From assembly GCA_034675805.1 (NCBI GenBank), contig JAUCCX010000001.1, forward strand, positions 2,384,741 to 2,448,740: a DNA stretch of 64,000 nucleotides. The letters are read 5' to 3'. Below the pieces are notes generated by a model. That model was not told where the DNA came from and searched no databases. It saw only the letters and a list, made by a program, of their open reading frames with translations. Source of the DNA: Aequorivita sp. (lineage in GTDB: Bacteria; Bacteroidota; Bacteroidia; Flavobacteriales; Flavobacteriaceae). Positions 38,112-48,360 of the stretch are shown piece by piece (position 1 is the first letter of the stretch; each line of letters opens with the position of its first letter). A program made the translations under genes and the position numbers.

Positions 38112-39710
38112 ATGAAATTAAATCAACTATTACCAATCGCACTTAGTGTTTTTTCTCTTTTGGCCATAAGCTGCCAGAATACCAATGAAAAACATAACAC
38201 AGTAAATGAAACTGAAGAAGTAAGCTCAATGGAATCAAATTCCATAGCATCCATTAAATCGAAATATAATACAGATGTTCCTGAAAAAATATTGACTCCC
38301 CCGATTGTAGAGACAAGAATAGGAACACTTAATTTCTTTGATGGATTGCCTTCTGACGAAACCGTCAAATTAGTGTATGATCAACTCGATTTTTCTAGAG
38401 GCGTGGAAACGTTTTTAAGTGGAATTCCGGCAACCTCTATAGAAGGTCTTCGGTTAGGTTCTGAAGATCTTGGTGCTACGAAATCCAATCAAGTTGTAAT
38501 TTTTGATGAACTTCTGGATTCAAATCCGTTATTCTTAACAGGAAACACAAGTACGGTTTATGCCAGTACGTTTTTAGATCTGGAAAAAGATGGTCCTACA
38601 GTAGTGGAAGTTCCAGCAGGATCGGGTCCTGGTACTGTAAACGATGCTTACTTCAGATTCGTTGTAGATATGGGTGCCCCTGGACCAGATAGAGGGAAAG
38701 GCGGGAAATATTTAATCTTACCTCCTGATTATGAAGGAAAAACACCAGAAGGTTATTTCGTGGCGAAATCTACGAGTTACGTCAACTGGGTAATCTTAAG
38801 AGGGTTTTTAGTAGATGGGAAACCAGAAGCATCCTCTAAAATGTATCGTGAGGGTTTAAAAGTATATGCACTTAAGGATAAGGACAATCAACCTAAAATG
38901 GAGTTTATTGATGCATCCACAAAAGCTTTTAATACCATCCACGCTAATGATTATGAGTTTTATGAAGAATTAAGTCATGTTGTAGAACGCGAACCTGTCT
39001 CCTTTTTAGACCCTGAATTACGAGGCATATTTGCCAGTATTGGAATTGAAAAAGGAAAGCCATTTGCTCCAGATGCGAGATTAGAGGGAATATTACGGGA
39101 AGCAGTTGCTGTTGGAAATGCTACAGCACGAGCTATTGTCTTTAAATCGAGAGAAAAGGAGTCTTCTATATTTGAAAAAGGACCTTGGGAATCTGGGTTT
39201 CTTGGCGGTAGTTACGAATGGATCAAAGACGAAGGAAATGGTGGTCGTTATTTAGATGCAAGAACACGATTCTTCTACATGGCCACTGTAAATACACCAG
39301 CTATGGTGTTAAAAATGATAGGCTTAGGGTCACAATATGCATTGGCACATCATGATTCTCAAGGCAACTATTTAGACGGTAATAAAAACTATACTTTAAA
39401 TATACCTGCAAATGTTCCAGCTAAAGAGTTTTGGTCAGTGGTTATGTACGACCCTCAAACGCGATCTATGTTGCAAACTGGTCAAGCGCTTCCAAGTGTG
39501 AGTAGTCAAAGAACTCCACTGGTTAAAAATGAAGATGGCTCGGTTACTCTTTATTTTGGACCAAAGAATACTGCTCCTAAAGGCAAAGAAGCCAACTGGC
39601 TGCAATCTGTATCAGGTAAAGGTTTCTTTGTACTATTCAGAATCTATGGCCCACTTGAACCTTGGTTTGACAAAACATGGCAGCCAGGAGAATTCGAATT
39701 GGTTAAATAA
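38112..39710 (+). CDS. DUF1254/DUF1214 domain lipoprotein
   Basis: It has the lipobox LLAISCQN. The DUF1254-like region is ..VNDAYFRFVVDMGAPGPDRGKGGKYLILPPDYEG.. and the DUF1214-like region is ..EFWSVVMYDPQTRSML...GFFVLFRIYGP. Confidence 0.75.
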   Translation: MKLNQLLPIALSVFSLLAISCQNTNEKHNTVNETEEVSSMESNSIASIKSKYNTDVPEKILTPPIVETRIGTLNFFDGLPSDETVKLVYDQLDFSRGVETFLSGIPATSIEGLRLGSEDLGATKSNQVVIFDELLDSNPLFLTGNTSTVYASTFLDLEKDGPTVVEVPAGSGPGTVNDAYFRFVVDMGAPGPDRGKGGKYLILPPDYEGKTPEGYFVAKSTSYVNWVILRGFLVDGKPEASSKMYREGLKVYALKDKDNQPKMEFIDASTKAFNTIHANDYEFYEELSHVVEREPVSFLDPELRGIFASIGIEKGKPFAPDARLEGILREAVAVGNATARAIVFKSREKESSIFEKGPWESGFLGGSYEWIKDEGNGGRYLDARTRFFYMATVNTPAMVLKMIGLGSQYALAHHDSQGNYLDGNKNYTLNIPANVPAKEFWSVVMYDPQTRSMLQTGQALPSVSSQRTPLVKNEDGSVTLYFGPKNTAPKGKEANWLQSVSGKGFFVLFRIYGPLEPWFDKTWQPGEFELVK

Positions 39711-39724
39711 AAGTTTTAAAGCAA

Positions 39725-39756
39725 AGTAAATGGCGTATTAAAAAACGCCATTTACT
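39725..39756 (+). other. 12-bp perfect stem-loop immediately after the first gene of the + array
   Basis: The sequence is AGTAAATGGCGT-ATTAAAAA-ACGCCATTTACT. No T-run follows it. Confidence 0.8.
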
Positions 39757-39786
39757 AAACGTTAGAGTATATTTTAAAAATAGACC

Positions 39787-40521
39787 ATGAAAATAAAATC
39801 CTACACCCTTCGAATCTTTTTCCTAAGTGTATGCCTCCTTCTAATGATATCATGTAAAGAAGGAACCGCTGCCCAAACGCAAACGCAAACCCAAATAGAA
39901 AAAGAAACGGAAACTACTCAAACTCAAAATCAAACAGAAGGAATAGCTCATTTCGAATCTGGCCTCAATGCTATAGACGCCAACAACATGCCATTGGCGT
40001 TTAAGGAATTTTTGGAGGCTGCTAAAGATGGTCATGCCGATTCCCAATTCAATGTTGCACTAATGTATGAGCAGGGCCTTGGAGTTAGTAAAAATGAAAA
40101 GGAAGCGTTTTCTTGGTATGGCAAATCCGCCGCGCAGGGAAATTCGGGTGCGCAATTTAATCTTGGCGTTCTCTATGAAAATGGGCGTGGCACTACGATT
40201 GATTTCGCAAAAGCTAATGAATGGTATCTTAAAGCTTCGGTACAAGGAGATGGGCTGGCCGTAGGTAATCTGGGTATGCTGTACATACGTGCAAAGGGAG
40301 TTAAAGAAAACTTGATAGCGGGTGTAGCACTACTGATAATGTCCGCCTCGATGGATACTTCTCCCGAAAACCAGGCAAAAAACAATATTGCAGCAATTCG
40401 CGGTTTAACTACTTCAATGGTTTCTGAAGCCCAATCTCTTTCAGATGAGATGAGTAGAGCAAAGAATATATTGGAGCCTCTCGATAATTATTTGAAAGAA
40501 TCAAAGAATAGTGGAAAGTAG
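39787..40521 (+). CDS. Sel1-repeat (SLR/TPR-like) lipoprotein
   Basis: It has the lipobox LLMISCKEG, a TQ-rich linker (AQTQTQTQIEKETETTQTQNQTE), and then Sel1 repeats (..ADSQFNVALMYEQGLGVSKNEKEAFSWYGKSAAQGNSGAQFNLGVLYENGRG..). Confidence 0.8.
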   Translation: MKIKSYTLRIFFLSVCLLLMISCKEGTAAQTQTQTQIEKETETTQTQNQTEGIAHFESGLNAIDANNMPLAFKEFLEAAKDGHADSQFNVALMYEQGLGVSKNEKEAFSWYGKSAAQGNSGAQFNLGVLYENGRGTTIDFAKANEWYLKASVQGDGLAVGNLGMLYIRAKGVKENLIAGVALLIMSASMDTSPENQAKNNIAAIRGLTTSMVSEAQSLSDEMSRAKNILEPLDNYLKESKNSGK

Positions 40522-40744
40522 AATAAATAATTAAATTTTTTCCTTTAGATAGGCTCAAGGATAAGCCGCTTTCATAGTCATAAGAGTTTATGGACTATCA
40601 TATTAAAATAAAAAAATTATAAAAAGACAAGAATCTTATTGGTTAAAACCATCATAGACTAATCCTTATCGGTTTACCAAGTAAAAATTTTCGACTAACG
40701 ATTGTATTAATAAGCCCTTTTTTGTTTTAAACAAATTATACATT

Positions 40745-41518
40745 ATGAAAAATCATTTTAAGCGACACTTAGTTTTATCAGCTATATCTTTCTTAGCGGT
40801 TATAAATCTTAATGCACAGGAAACCCCAATTGCAGATGAAAGTACTACTGGCTGGAATTTTATTATAGAGCCGTATATGATGTTACCAAATATGAATGGC
40901 GAAACAGGGATAGGTGATCTTCTTCCCACAGTTGAAGTTGATGCCAATGTAGGTGATGTCTTTGGACACCTAAAAATGGGAGCCATGCTCTATATGGAAG
41001 CTACCAACGATACTTGGGCCGTAAGTTCAGATGTATTGTATATGAAGTTGGGTCAGGATATACAAGCGCGAAAATTTATTACCGGTGGTGATGTAACCAT
41101 GCAACAAGTGGCTTGGGAAGTGGCTGGATTAAGAAAAGTAATGCCTTGGTTGGATGCCGGGATAGCTTTAAGATTAGTGAGCTTAGATATGGAAATAAAT
41201 ACCAAAACCTTACTCACTGAACGCAATGCTTCCACAAACGAAACTTGGGTAGATCCAGTGATTGTAGCCAGAACACAAGGGCTTATTAATGATAAATGGC
41301 TTTACAATCTTCGTGGTGATTTTGGTGGCTTTGGAATTGGTTCAGATTTTACGTGGCAGCTACAAGCAGATTTTGGATATAAGTTCTCTAAACTATTCTA
41401 TACCACACTAGGCTATCGCGTTATCAGTATTGATTATGATAAAGGAGGCGGGTCTGATCGTTTTTTATATGATGTGAATACCTATGGGGCCGTAGTTCGC
41501 TTTGGCTTTAACCTGTAA
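40745..41518 (+). CDS. Outer-membrane beta-barrel protein, family unknown
   Basis: It has a signal peptide (..INLNAQE), alternating amphipathic strands, and the C-terminus ..YGAVVRFGFNL. Confidence 0.55.
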   Translation: MKNHFKRHLVLSAISFLAVINLNAQETPIADESTTGWNFIIEPYMMLPNMNGETGIGDLLPTVEVDANVGDVFGHLKMGAMLYMEATNDTWAVSSDVLYMKLGQDIQARKFITGGDVTMQQVAWEVAGLRKVMPWLDAGIALRLVSLDMEINTKTLLTERNASTNETWVDPVIVARTQGLINDKWLYNLRGDFGGFGIGSDFTWQLQADFGYKFSKLFYTTLGYRVISIDYDKGGGSDRFLYDVNTYGAVVRFGFNL

Positions 41519-41596
41519 TACTTACATCTAAAGTCAGAAAAAGAAAAGGTTAAATTAAAATAACAAATTATTCAACGACAATTAAACTAAATAGTT

Positions 41597-42403
41597 ATGA
41601 AAAAAATCACACTTTTATTTACAGCCTTACTGATGGCAACTATAGGTTTCGCTCAAGAGGAACCTAAAACAACTGATGCAGATGCCTTGGCAAAGCAACT
41701 TCAAAATCCAATATCCAGTCTGATTAGTGTTCCTATTCAAGGAAACTTTGATTTTGGATTTGACCCTAGTAATGGGTCTAGAATGATTGTAAATATTCAG
41801 CCAGTAATTCCTATGAGTATTAGTGAGGATTGGAATTTAATAGCTAGGGTTATTTTACCTGTAGTTTCCCAAACTGACATTTATGGACCGAGTGGGAATC
41901 AATTTGGACTTGGGGATGTTACCATGAGTGCTTTCTTTTCTCCTAAGGCACCAACCAAAGGAGGATTAATTTGGGGTGTAGGTCCGGTTCTTTCGATTCC
42001 AACCGCTACCGACCAATTATTAGGGTCCGAGAAGTTTGGGGTTGGACCAACTGCGATTGCCTTGACACAAATAGGGAAAATAACACTGGGGGTTTTGGTA
42101 AACCAAGTATGGTCTATAGCAGGAAGCGAAGACAGAGCGGATATAAATAACACCTTTATTCAACCATTTTTTGCAAAAAACTTTAAGGGCGGTTATGCTT
42201 TAAGCTTAAATACCGAATTAAGCCAAAATTGGGAGGCAGATGCAACCTCAGGAACTATCAATCTTGTTGGTTCAAAAGTAATTAAATTAGGAAAGCAACT
42301 AACACAAGTAGCTGTTGGACCACGTATACCCTACGGAAATGGCAATAATTCAGACTGGGGATTTAGAGCCCAATTTACGCTGCTATTCCCTGCGGGGAAA
42401 TAG
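41597..42403 (+). CDS. Outer-membrane transporter-like barrel (MetA-pathway/'Phenol_MetA_deg'-like)
   Basis: It has a signal peptide (..TIGFAQE). ..LQNPISSLISVPIQGNFDFGF...IVNIQPVIPMSISEDWNLIARVILPV.. matches my memory of this family. Confidence 0.5.
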   Translation: MKKITLLFTALLMATIGFAQEEPKTTDADALAKQLQNPISSLISVPIQGNFDFGFDPSNGSRMIVNIQPVIPMSISEDWNLIARVILPVVSQTDIYGPSGNQFGLGDVTMSAFFSPKAPTKGGLIWGVGPVLSIPTATDQLLGSEKFGVGPTAIALTQIGKITLGVLVNQVWSIAGSEDRADINNTFIQPFFAKNFKGGYALSLNTELSQNWEADATSGTINLVGSKVIKLGKQLTQVAVGPRIPYGNGNNSDWGFRAQFTLLFPAGK

Positions 42404-42497
42404 AAAACAGTAAGAAAACCAAATAGGACAAAGCTTGTCTGTTAGATTTCAACACAATTATTATTAAAATAAATTTTAACACTCTAAACTTAAACCT

Positions 42498-42977
42498 ATG
42501 AAACGTAAAATATTAAGTATTACCGGCATCTTCTTTTTTGCATTGTTTTTTGCTCAAACCTCAAACGCTCAAACTACCAAGGAAGAAACAGATTTATATC
42601 AGTCAATTTTTGGAATGGAGAAAAAAGCTATTGTTGCCGATTTTATTGGTGTTGACAGCGGAAATCCTTTTTGGTCTCTTTATGATGAATACGAAACCAA
42701 ACGGAAAGAATTAGGAAAACAACGTTTAAGTCTATTAAATAACTATGTAGCTAATTACGACAATCTTAATGATGCCAAATATGATGAAATTGTAACTGAT
42801 ATGATCTCTCTTCAGAAAAAGACTAATAAGTTAATGGATCAATATTATAAGAAAATCAAGAAAGCTTCTGGTTCAAAAGTAGCTGCGCAGTTTTTTCAAA
42901 TAGAAGGTTATTTTCTAACTCAAATTAGAGCTACCATTTTTGAAGGAATACCATATATAGGCGAATTCGGTAATTAA
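42498..42977 (+). CDS. Exported 159-aa helical protein (paralog of 29654..30133)
   Basis: It has a signal peptide (..TSNAQ). See the evidence for 29654..30133. Confidence 0.7.
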   Translation: MKRKILSITGIFFFALFFAQTSNAQTTKEETDLYQSIFGMEKKAIVADFIGVDSGNPFWSLYDEYETKRKELGKQRLSLLNNYVANYDNLNDAKYDEIVTDMISLQKKTNKLMDQYYKKIKKASGSKVAAQFFQIEGYFLTQIRATIFEGIPYIGEFGN

Positions 42978-43010
42978 AATTTCAATAAAGTAAATTCTAA
43001 AATAAATATT

Positions 43011-43520
43011 ATGAAAAATATAATTTCAAAATTAAGTTTAGCTATTCTTTTTATCAGCCTATCCGCTACCTCATTTGCCCAAAGTGCAGGGGAAGCAGTA
43101 GCGAAAAAAGTAGGGGTTTATGTTTTCCCTACCAAAAACCAAACCCCTGAACAACAAGCAAAAGATCAGTCTGAATGTTACACATGGGCAGTGCAGCAAT
43201 CTGGTTTCGATCCAATTAATCCTACTGTAGTTCAGGCTAAGCAAGTTCAGCAAGGTCCTGATGGCGCTGCAGTAGTTGGTTCTGCAGGTGGTGCAGCTGT
43301 TGGAGTTGCTATAGGTGCAATTGCTGGTGATGCTGGTAAAGGTGCCGCTATTGGTGCTGTTAGTGGTGCAGTGATGGGCCGTAGAAGAGGAAATATGGCG
43401 AAAGCTAAGGAACAGAAACAAGCTAATAATCAAGCCGCACAAGCTAATCATAACCTAGAAGATGGCTTTAAAAAAGCCTTTTCAGCTTGTTTAGAAGCAA
43501 AGGACTACACAGTTAAATAA
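43011..43520 (+). CDS. Glycine-zipper (YMGG-like) exported protein
   Basis: It has a signal peptide (..TSFAQS) and the Gly/Ala zipper GAAVVGSAGGAAVGVAIGAIAGDAGKGAAIGAVSGAVMG. Confidence 0.6.
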   Translation: MKNIISKLSLAILFISLSATSFAQSAGEAVAKKVGVYVFPTKNQTPEQQAKDQSECYTWAVQQSGFDPINPTVVQAKQVQQGPDGAAVVGSAGGAAVGVAIGAIAGDAGKGAAIGAVSGAVMGRRRGNMAKAKEQKQANNQAAQANHNLEDGFKKAFSACLEAKDYTVK

Positions 43521-43541
43521 ATCACTTTAAAAACCGTACCG

Positions 43542-44315
43542 ATGAAAAAAATATATGCAATATTATTATTACTCCTTATTGTTGGAGTTGAGGCAACATT
43601 TGCACAAGTATCTGATAAGGACTGGAAGTATTTATTGGTAAGAGAAGATGTTGTAAAACCTTCAATGAATAAATACTACGAGGCTACACTTACTGATTTG
43701 AAGCAGTTTCTGACCGACAATAAAGTAAAACATGTGAATTACATGACGCAGTTACAGGATAACTTTAATTATTCGCACATAACTCCGCTTAAGAGTATGG
43801 ACGATATTGAGGGTGGCCTTGAGTCATTTATCAAAGGCAAGGAAAGATCTGCGGAGTTTGACTTAATTTGGGGAGATCTGAATGAAACCATTGAAAGCTA
43901 TAGCTATTATGTGGTAAAGTATGAACCCGAAATGTCTTACGTGCCTGATGGGAAAGTCTGGCTCGAAGAGGCGCCTTACCGTAGATGGAATTATTTATAT
44001 TTTGAACCTGGCACAGAAAAGGAGGCAGAAAAAATTCTTCTAGCCTATAAAAACCTTTATAAAAATAAAGGAGTTAAAAGTGGATTTAGAGTATTTAAGG
44101 GCGTGATCGGCTTAGATCAACCCGTTATAATGTTTACCACTTGGTCAAAAACTCCATTAGATTATCAAAAAGAACTTCAAGAAAGTATTGCTTTATTAGA
44201 CGAAGAGGGAGCTATTTTATGGGTCTCTATGATGGAACTAGTAAGAAATGCTGAAACTATGGAAGGTTGGTATTTACCACAATATTCATTCACACCAGAA
44301 AACCAGAAAAAATGA
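43542..44315 (+). CDS. Hypothetical exported protein
   Basis: It has a signal peptide (..EATFAQ). I recognise no family. Its stop overlaps the next start (ATGA at 44312-44315). Confidence 0.55.
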   Translation: MKKIYAILLLLLIVGVEATFAQVSDKDWKYLLVREDVVKPSMNKYYEATLTDLKQFLTDNKVKHVNYMTQLQDNFNYSHITPLKSMDDIEGGLESFIKGKERSAEFDLIWGDLNETIESYSYYVVKYEPEMSYVPDGKVWLEEAPYRRWNYLYFEPGTEKEAEKILLAYKNLYKNKGVKSGFRVFKGVIGLDQPVIMFTTWSKTPLDYQKELQESIALLDEEGAILWVSMMELVRNAETMEGWYLPQYSFTPENQKK

Positions 44316-44950
44316 AAAAACTAATTTTAGTACTCGCATTTATTCCTTTTTTGATAACAGGTTGTGCAAGTTCCTATTTACAGGAATCTACCAATGCTAG
44401 TAACATCAAAAAAAAATATGACAAAATATTGGTAATTGCAAAAACCAATGATAAATCAGCTCGATTAAATTTTGAAAACCAGGTTGTAAAGGACTTCGCT
44501 GCAAAGGGCATCGAGGCTTCGTCTTCCATGTCAGTCCTTCAAACAAATAGTTTTTCTGAGCAACTATCCGCAGAAGAAATTGAAAATTTAAGACTTCAGT
44601 TAATTAAAGACGGGTACAGTGGTGTTATAGTAACATATTTGATCAGTAAAGATCAATATTCCGATGTAGTATCTGGAGGTACATCCACCGCGTACGCGCC
44701 AGTTCGTTATGGCAGATTTGGCAGATACTACGGTGCTTATCCTGTGACTTATTGGGAGCCAGATCAGGTTCAGGTTGGAATGGAATACACCTTAGAAAGT
44801 TGTTTTTATGATATTACGGAAGATAAGAAGGACAATTTACAATGGGTTGGCAGATTTAAAGTTAAGGATCCTAGTTCTTTGACCAACACCATAGAGAAAT
44901 ATTCTAAAGAACTCACAGATCAATTATTATTGGGTAGCATCGCTCAATAG
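44312..44950 (+). CDS. DUF4136-like lipoprotein, paralog 1 of 3
   Basis: It has the lipobox FLITGCASS. It shares a frame with 45850 and 49588: ..I.VIA.T.....R..FE..........G..A....; ..G...V.VT......; a Tyr/Gly-rich middle; ..Y.LE...Y....... Confidence 0.6.
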   Translation: MKKLILVLAFIPFLITGCASSYLQESTNASNIKKKYDKILVIAKTNDKSARLNFENQVVKDFAAKGIEASSSMSVLQTNSFSEQLSAEEIENLRLQLIKDGYSGVIVTYLISKDQYSDVVSGGTSTAYAPVRYGRFGRYYGAYPVTYWEPDQVQVGMEYTLESCFYDITEDKKDNLQWVGRFKVKDPSSLTNTIEKYSKELTDQLLLGSIAQ

Positions 44951-45043
44951 GTTCATTTCTAATGATTTTTTAAGGAGCATATTATATCATACAACAGGTT
45001 TATTTAATTATTTTAATAAGGCAATCTAATCTCTATTATGCTT

Positions 45044-45769
45044 ATGAAAAAATTAGTCTTTACTGTAATTCTTCTCTCATCCATAATCAACATTAATGGT
45101 CAGGAACTTAATGAGGAAACTATAAACAAGAACGAAATAGATCTGGTGATTTCAGATTTACTTGATGGAGCCTTCCAGCTTAAATACGAGCGTGCTCTAG
45201 GAAAGCATTTCTCCGTTAATCTGGGTTTGGGTTATAAGGGGGAAGATGGATTTATTAATCGGTCTGGTATCGATACAGAGAAGATAAAAACCAATGGTGT
45301 TTCCTATTCGGGATTTAAAATCATTCCAGAAGTACGTTATTATTTAAGAAATGCCGATTATGCTGCAATGAAAGGTTTTTATTTTGGGGCGTATCTAAAA
45401 TATTCCAATTTTCAATCAAAACTTGATGGCAAGTATATTAGTGACGCTGGGAAGTATTTTGAGTTAGAATTTGATGCAGATATTCAAGTAACCTCTATTG
45501 GAATAATGGTTGGATATAAATTACCGCTCTCGGAAAGGTTTTCATTGGATTTTTTAATTGCAGGCCCCGGTGCCGGGTTTTATGATTTTTCAATTGAAAA
45601 TAAAAAAGATTTACCGGACGAATTTTATGAAGATTTTAATGATGCTCTAAATAAATATCCCGTATTCGATGTCTTGGATGGAGATTTTAGGTTTAGCGCT
45701 GCCCGTAGAAGATCCAACTTCAATCTATTGTCTTTAAGATATGGCATTTCACTTGGATATTCATTCTAA
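45044..45769 (+). CDS. Outer-membrane beta-barrel protein, family unknown
   Basis: It has a signal peptide (MKKLVFTVILLSSIININGQ) and the C-terminus ..LRYGISLGYSF, ending in an aromatic residue. Confidence 0.55.
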   Translation: MKKLVFTVILLSSIININGQELNEETINKNEIDLVISDLLDGAFQLKYERALGKHFSVNLGLGYKGEDGFINRSGIDTEKIKTNGVSYSGFKIIPEVRYYLRNADYAAMKGFYFGAYLKYSNFQSKLDGKYISDAGKYFELEFDADIQVTSIGIMVGYKLPLSERFSLDFLIAGPGAGFYDFSIENKKDLPDEFYEDFNDALNKYPVFDVLDGDFRFSAARRRSNFNLLSLRYGISLGYSF

Positions 45770-45849
45770 TTATCCGCTGGTCTAGACAAAATAATTGAAG
45801 GTTTAGCCCTTGGTGGTAACTTTAAATTTTAAAATTTTAAAACAATTTT

Positions 45850-46524
45850 ATGAAAAAATCAATCTATTTAATTTTAAGCCTAACATTTACTCTGTTGTTA
45901 AGTGGATGTTCAAGTGTAAAAGTCCTCAACTCTTGGAAAGCAGATGATGCAAACACCATAAAGGATAATAACTTTATTGTAATTGCAAGAACAGCTAATA
46001 CCCAAGCTCGAATTGCTTTTGAGAATGAGATTGTAAAACAGCTAACCGAGAAAGGCATGAAAGCTACAGCGAGTTTTAAGAAATTTCCAAAACTTAATCC
46101 GAATCAAAAACTATCTGAAGATAGAAGAGATGAGATTATAACTACATTAAAGGATCAAGGCTTTAATGCAGTTGTTTTGACGGTAGTTAAGGACGTAGAG
46201 GATTTGACTAAAACCACGCAAGAAGGAGGATATTATGCGGGTAGCAATTACGACGGATATTACCCTGTGTATTACGGTGGTTTTTATAATTATTACCATA
46301 ATCCAATGTCTTATTCTTCAACAGGAAATTACGTGGAAGCAACCTATACCACTGCCACATCACATAACTATGTTTTAGAGACTGTGGTTTATAACCTTGA
46401 CGAAACTGATGACAAAAAACAATTAGTAGCCATAGTGACCTCAAAACTCGAAGAACCAGTAAGTAGCTCACAGGCAGCTTCGCAATACGTAAAAGCGATT
46501 ACTAAAAGTTTTGATAAAAAATAA
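45850..46524 (+). CDS. DUF4136-like lipoprotein, paralog 2 of 3
   Basis: It has the lipobox LLLSGCSS and the Tyr-rich segment GGYYAGSNYDGYYPVYYGGFYNYYHNPMSY. Confidence 0.6.
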   Translation: MKKSIYLILSLTFTLLLSGCSSVKVLNSWKADDANTIKDNNFIVIARTANTQARIAFENEIVKQLTEKGMKATASFKKFPKLNPNQKLSEDRRDEIITTLKDQGFNAVVLTVVKDVEDLTKTTQEGGYYAGSNYDGYYPVYYGGFYNYYHNPMSYSSTGNYVEATYTTATSHNYVLETVVYNLDETDDKKQLVAIVTSKLEEPVSSSQAASQYVKAITKSFDKK

Positions 46525-46554
46525 ATGAATGCTTGTTTTATTTCAGAAGAATAA

Positions 46555-47268
46555 ATGATTAAGATAAAAAATATTTTAGTATTAGCAGTGATGCTAATGG
46601 GGATCAATTCACAATCCCAGGTTTTATTATCGCTACTATTTGGGGATAAATTAAATTCGGACGGATTAGAATTTGGACTTGAAGGCGGTTTTAACTGGTC
46701 TGACATTTCAGAACTAGAGGCCAATAAAAGTTTATCATCATTTAATCTTGGATTTTACTTTGATATTAGATTAAAAAATCAATGGAATTTGTACACCGGA
46801 GTTTTAGTAAAAGCAAAATTGGGAGATGACGAGTTAACGCCGAATGATTTGGCTTTTCTTGAAATAACCCCCACTTCCGAAGAAGGTACTTACAGTCAAA
46901 AACTTAATTATTTTATAGTGCCAGCGCTAATAAAATATAATTTTAAAAACAGAATATACTTAGAAGCTGGGCCTCAATTTAGTTTAATGCACAAAGCATG
47001 GGTTGAGTATAATTCTGAAACAGACGACAAAACAATAAAAATAAAAGATTTTAATAAAGATAAGATCAACCCGCTAGATGCAGGCTTAGTTTTAGGAACT
47101 GGATACAAGTTGATAGCCGATAATGGTATGACCATTGGGGTTAAATATTATTATGGTTTTGCAAATGTCTATAAAGATGTATCGGGTACTAATAACAGTT
47201 CCTTGTTTTTAAAGTTAAACATCCCTATAGGAGCCAATAAAAGTAAAGAAACTGCACAGTCTGAATAA
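46555..47268 (+). CDS. Porin-family outer-membrane beta-barrel (OMP_b-brl_2/PorT-like)
   Basis: It has a signal peptide. The regions ..GLEGGFNWSDIS.., ..LNYFIVPALIKYNF..IYLEAGPQFSLM.. and ..GVKYYYGFANVY.. resemble the PF13568-type barrels common in Bacteroidota. Confidence 0.6.
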   Translation: MIKIKNILVLAVMLMGINSQSQVLLSLLFGDKLNSDGLEFGLEGGFNWSDISELEANKSLSSFNLGFYFDIRLKNQWNLYTGVLVKAKLGDDELTPNDLAFLEITPTSEEGTYSQKLNYFIVPALIKYNFKNRIYLEAGPQFSLMHKAWVEYNSETDDKTIKIKDFNKDKINPLDAGLVLGTGYKLIADNGMTIGVKYYYGFANVYKDVSGTNNSSLFLKLNIPIGANKSKETAQSE

Positions 47269-47283
47269 TAAATACGAATCGAT

Positions 47284-48318
47284 ATGAACAGACAATACTA
47301 CTTATTATTAATTGTAGCAATGTTTTTTATACCGCATGCAAATGCACAATATGCTACAAGAAAGGTAAAGGAAATACACGACGCCTATACCGATAGTCTT
47401 AAACAGGTGAAATACGATAATATTTTTCCCATTTTTGGACAAAAAGCCTACAAAAATGGTTTTGATATTCCATACCCAACTGGTGTAATGTTAAATTATA
47501 TATATATGAAACAAGGACTTATTATCGATAATATGAGATTAGGCCTAGAAACAGCTAATATAGATATTCCACTCACAGGAGTTGATTTCCTTGAATTTGG
47601 TGATAATTACAGTACTGCAAGCACAGTAATGATTCGGCCCGACCTTTGGGTGCTGCCTTTTTTAAATGTATATGGTTTGTTAGGAAAAGGTAATTCTACC
47701 ACAGAAATAAACTTAAAATATCCGATTGAACTGCAATCAATTGTTGAACAAGAAATAAGTTCATACGGGTTCGGATTAACAGGAGCCGGTGGATTAGGAC
47801 CTGTTTGGCTAGCCGTAGATTGGAACCTTACTTGGAGCAAACCTGAATTATTGGATAAGGCAGTAAAGGTAAACACCTTTGGTGTTCGTGTAGGTCACAA
47901 CTTTGTGAATAGCACTAAGCCTTACCGAAATATAGGTGTTTGGGTAGGTGCTATGAGTGTATCATTAGGTTCTGATACAGTCGGGGAAATAAGGCTTAGT
48001 GACGCGTTGCCACAAGAAACTTGGGATCGTGCAGATCAAATCGTTGCTAACTACAATGATTGGTATAACAATGAAGCCACCCTTGCTCAAAAACGAATTG
48101 CAGACGAAACATTGGGGCCATTAGTAGATGCGATTGACGCAGCTGATGGTTCAGCGGTTATACGGTATGGACTCGATAAGCGAGCTAAACAGCAATGGAA
48201 TGGCGTTGTCGGTGGGCAGTTTCAATTAAATAAAAACTGGACTTTTAGAGCAGAAGGAGGGGTTGTTGGGGATCGGAAATCAATATTGGTTTCAGCGAAC
48301 TGGAGATTTTTATTGTAA
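47284..48318 (+). CDS. Hypothetical exported protein, possible beta-barrel
   Basis: It has a signal peptide (..IPHANAQ) and the C-terminus ..ILVSANWRFLL. Confidence 0.5.
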   Translation: MNRQYYLLLIVAMFFIPHANAQYATRKVKEIHDAYTDSLKQVKYDNIFPIFGQKAYKNGFDIPYPTGVMLNYIYMKQGLIIDNMRLGLETANIDIPLTGVDFLEFGDNYSTASTVMIRPDLWVLPFLNVYGLLGKGNSTTEINLKYPIELQSIVEQEISSYGFGLTGAGGLGPVWLAVDWNLTWSKPELLDKAVKVNTFGVRVGHNFVNSTKPYRNIGVWVGAMSVSLGSDTVGEIRLSDALPQETWDRADQIVANYNDWYNNEATLAQKRIADETLGPLVDAIDAADGSAVIRYGLDKRAKQQWNGVVGGQFQLNKNWTFRAEGGVVGDRKSILVSANWRFLL

Positions 48319-48360
48319 TTAAAATTCAATCTAATAACAGTTATTTAATCACTAAAATAG

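Noticed and set aside
43071-43451. 126-aa minus-strand ORF
   Set aside because: It is the antisense of the Gly/Ala-zipper gene. A repetitive GGT/GCT-rich sequence leaves the reverse frame open.
46208-46724. Minus-strand ORFs of 87 and 111 aa overlapping the 45850 and 46555 genes
   Set aside because: They are antisense to genes with clear lipobox or signal peptides and paralog support. Their translations have no features.
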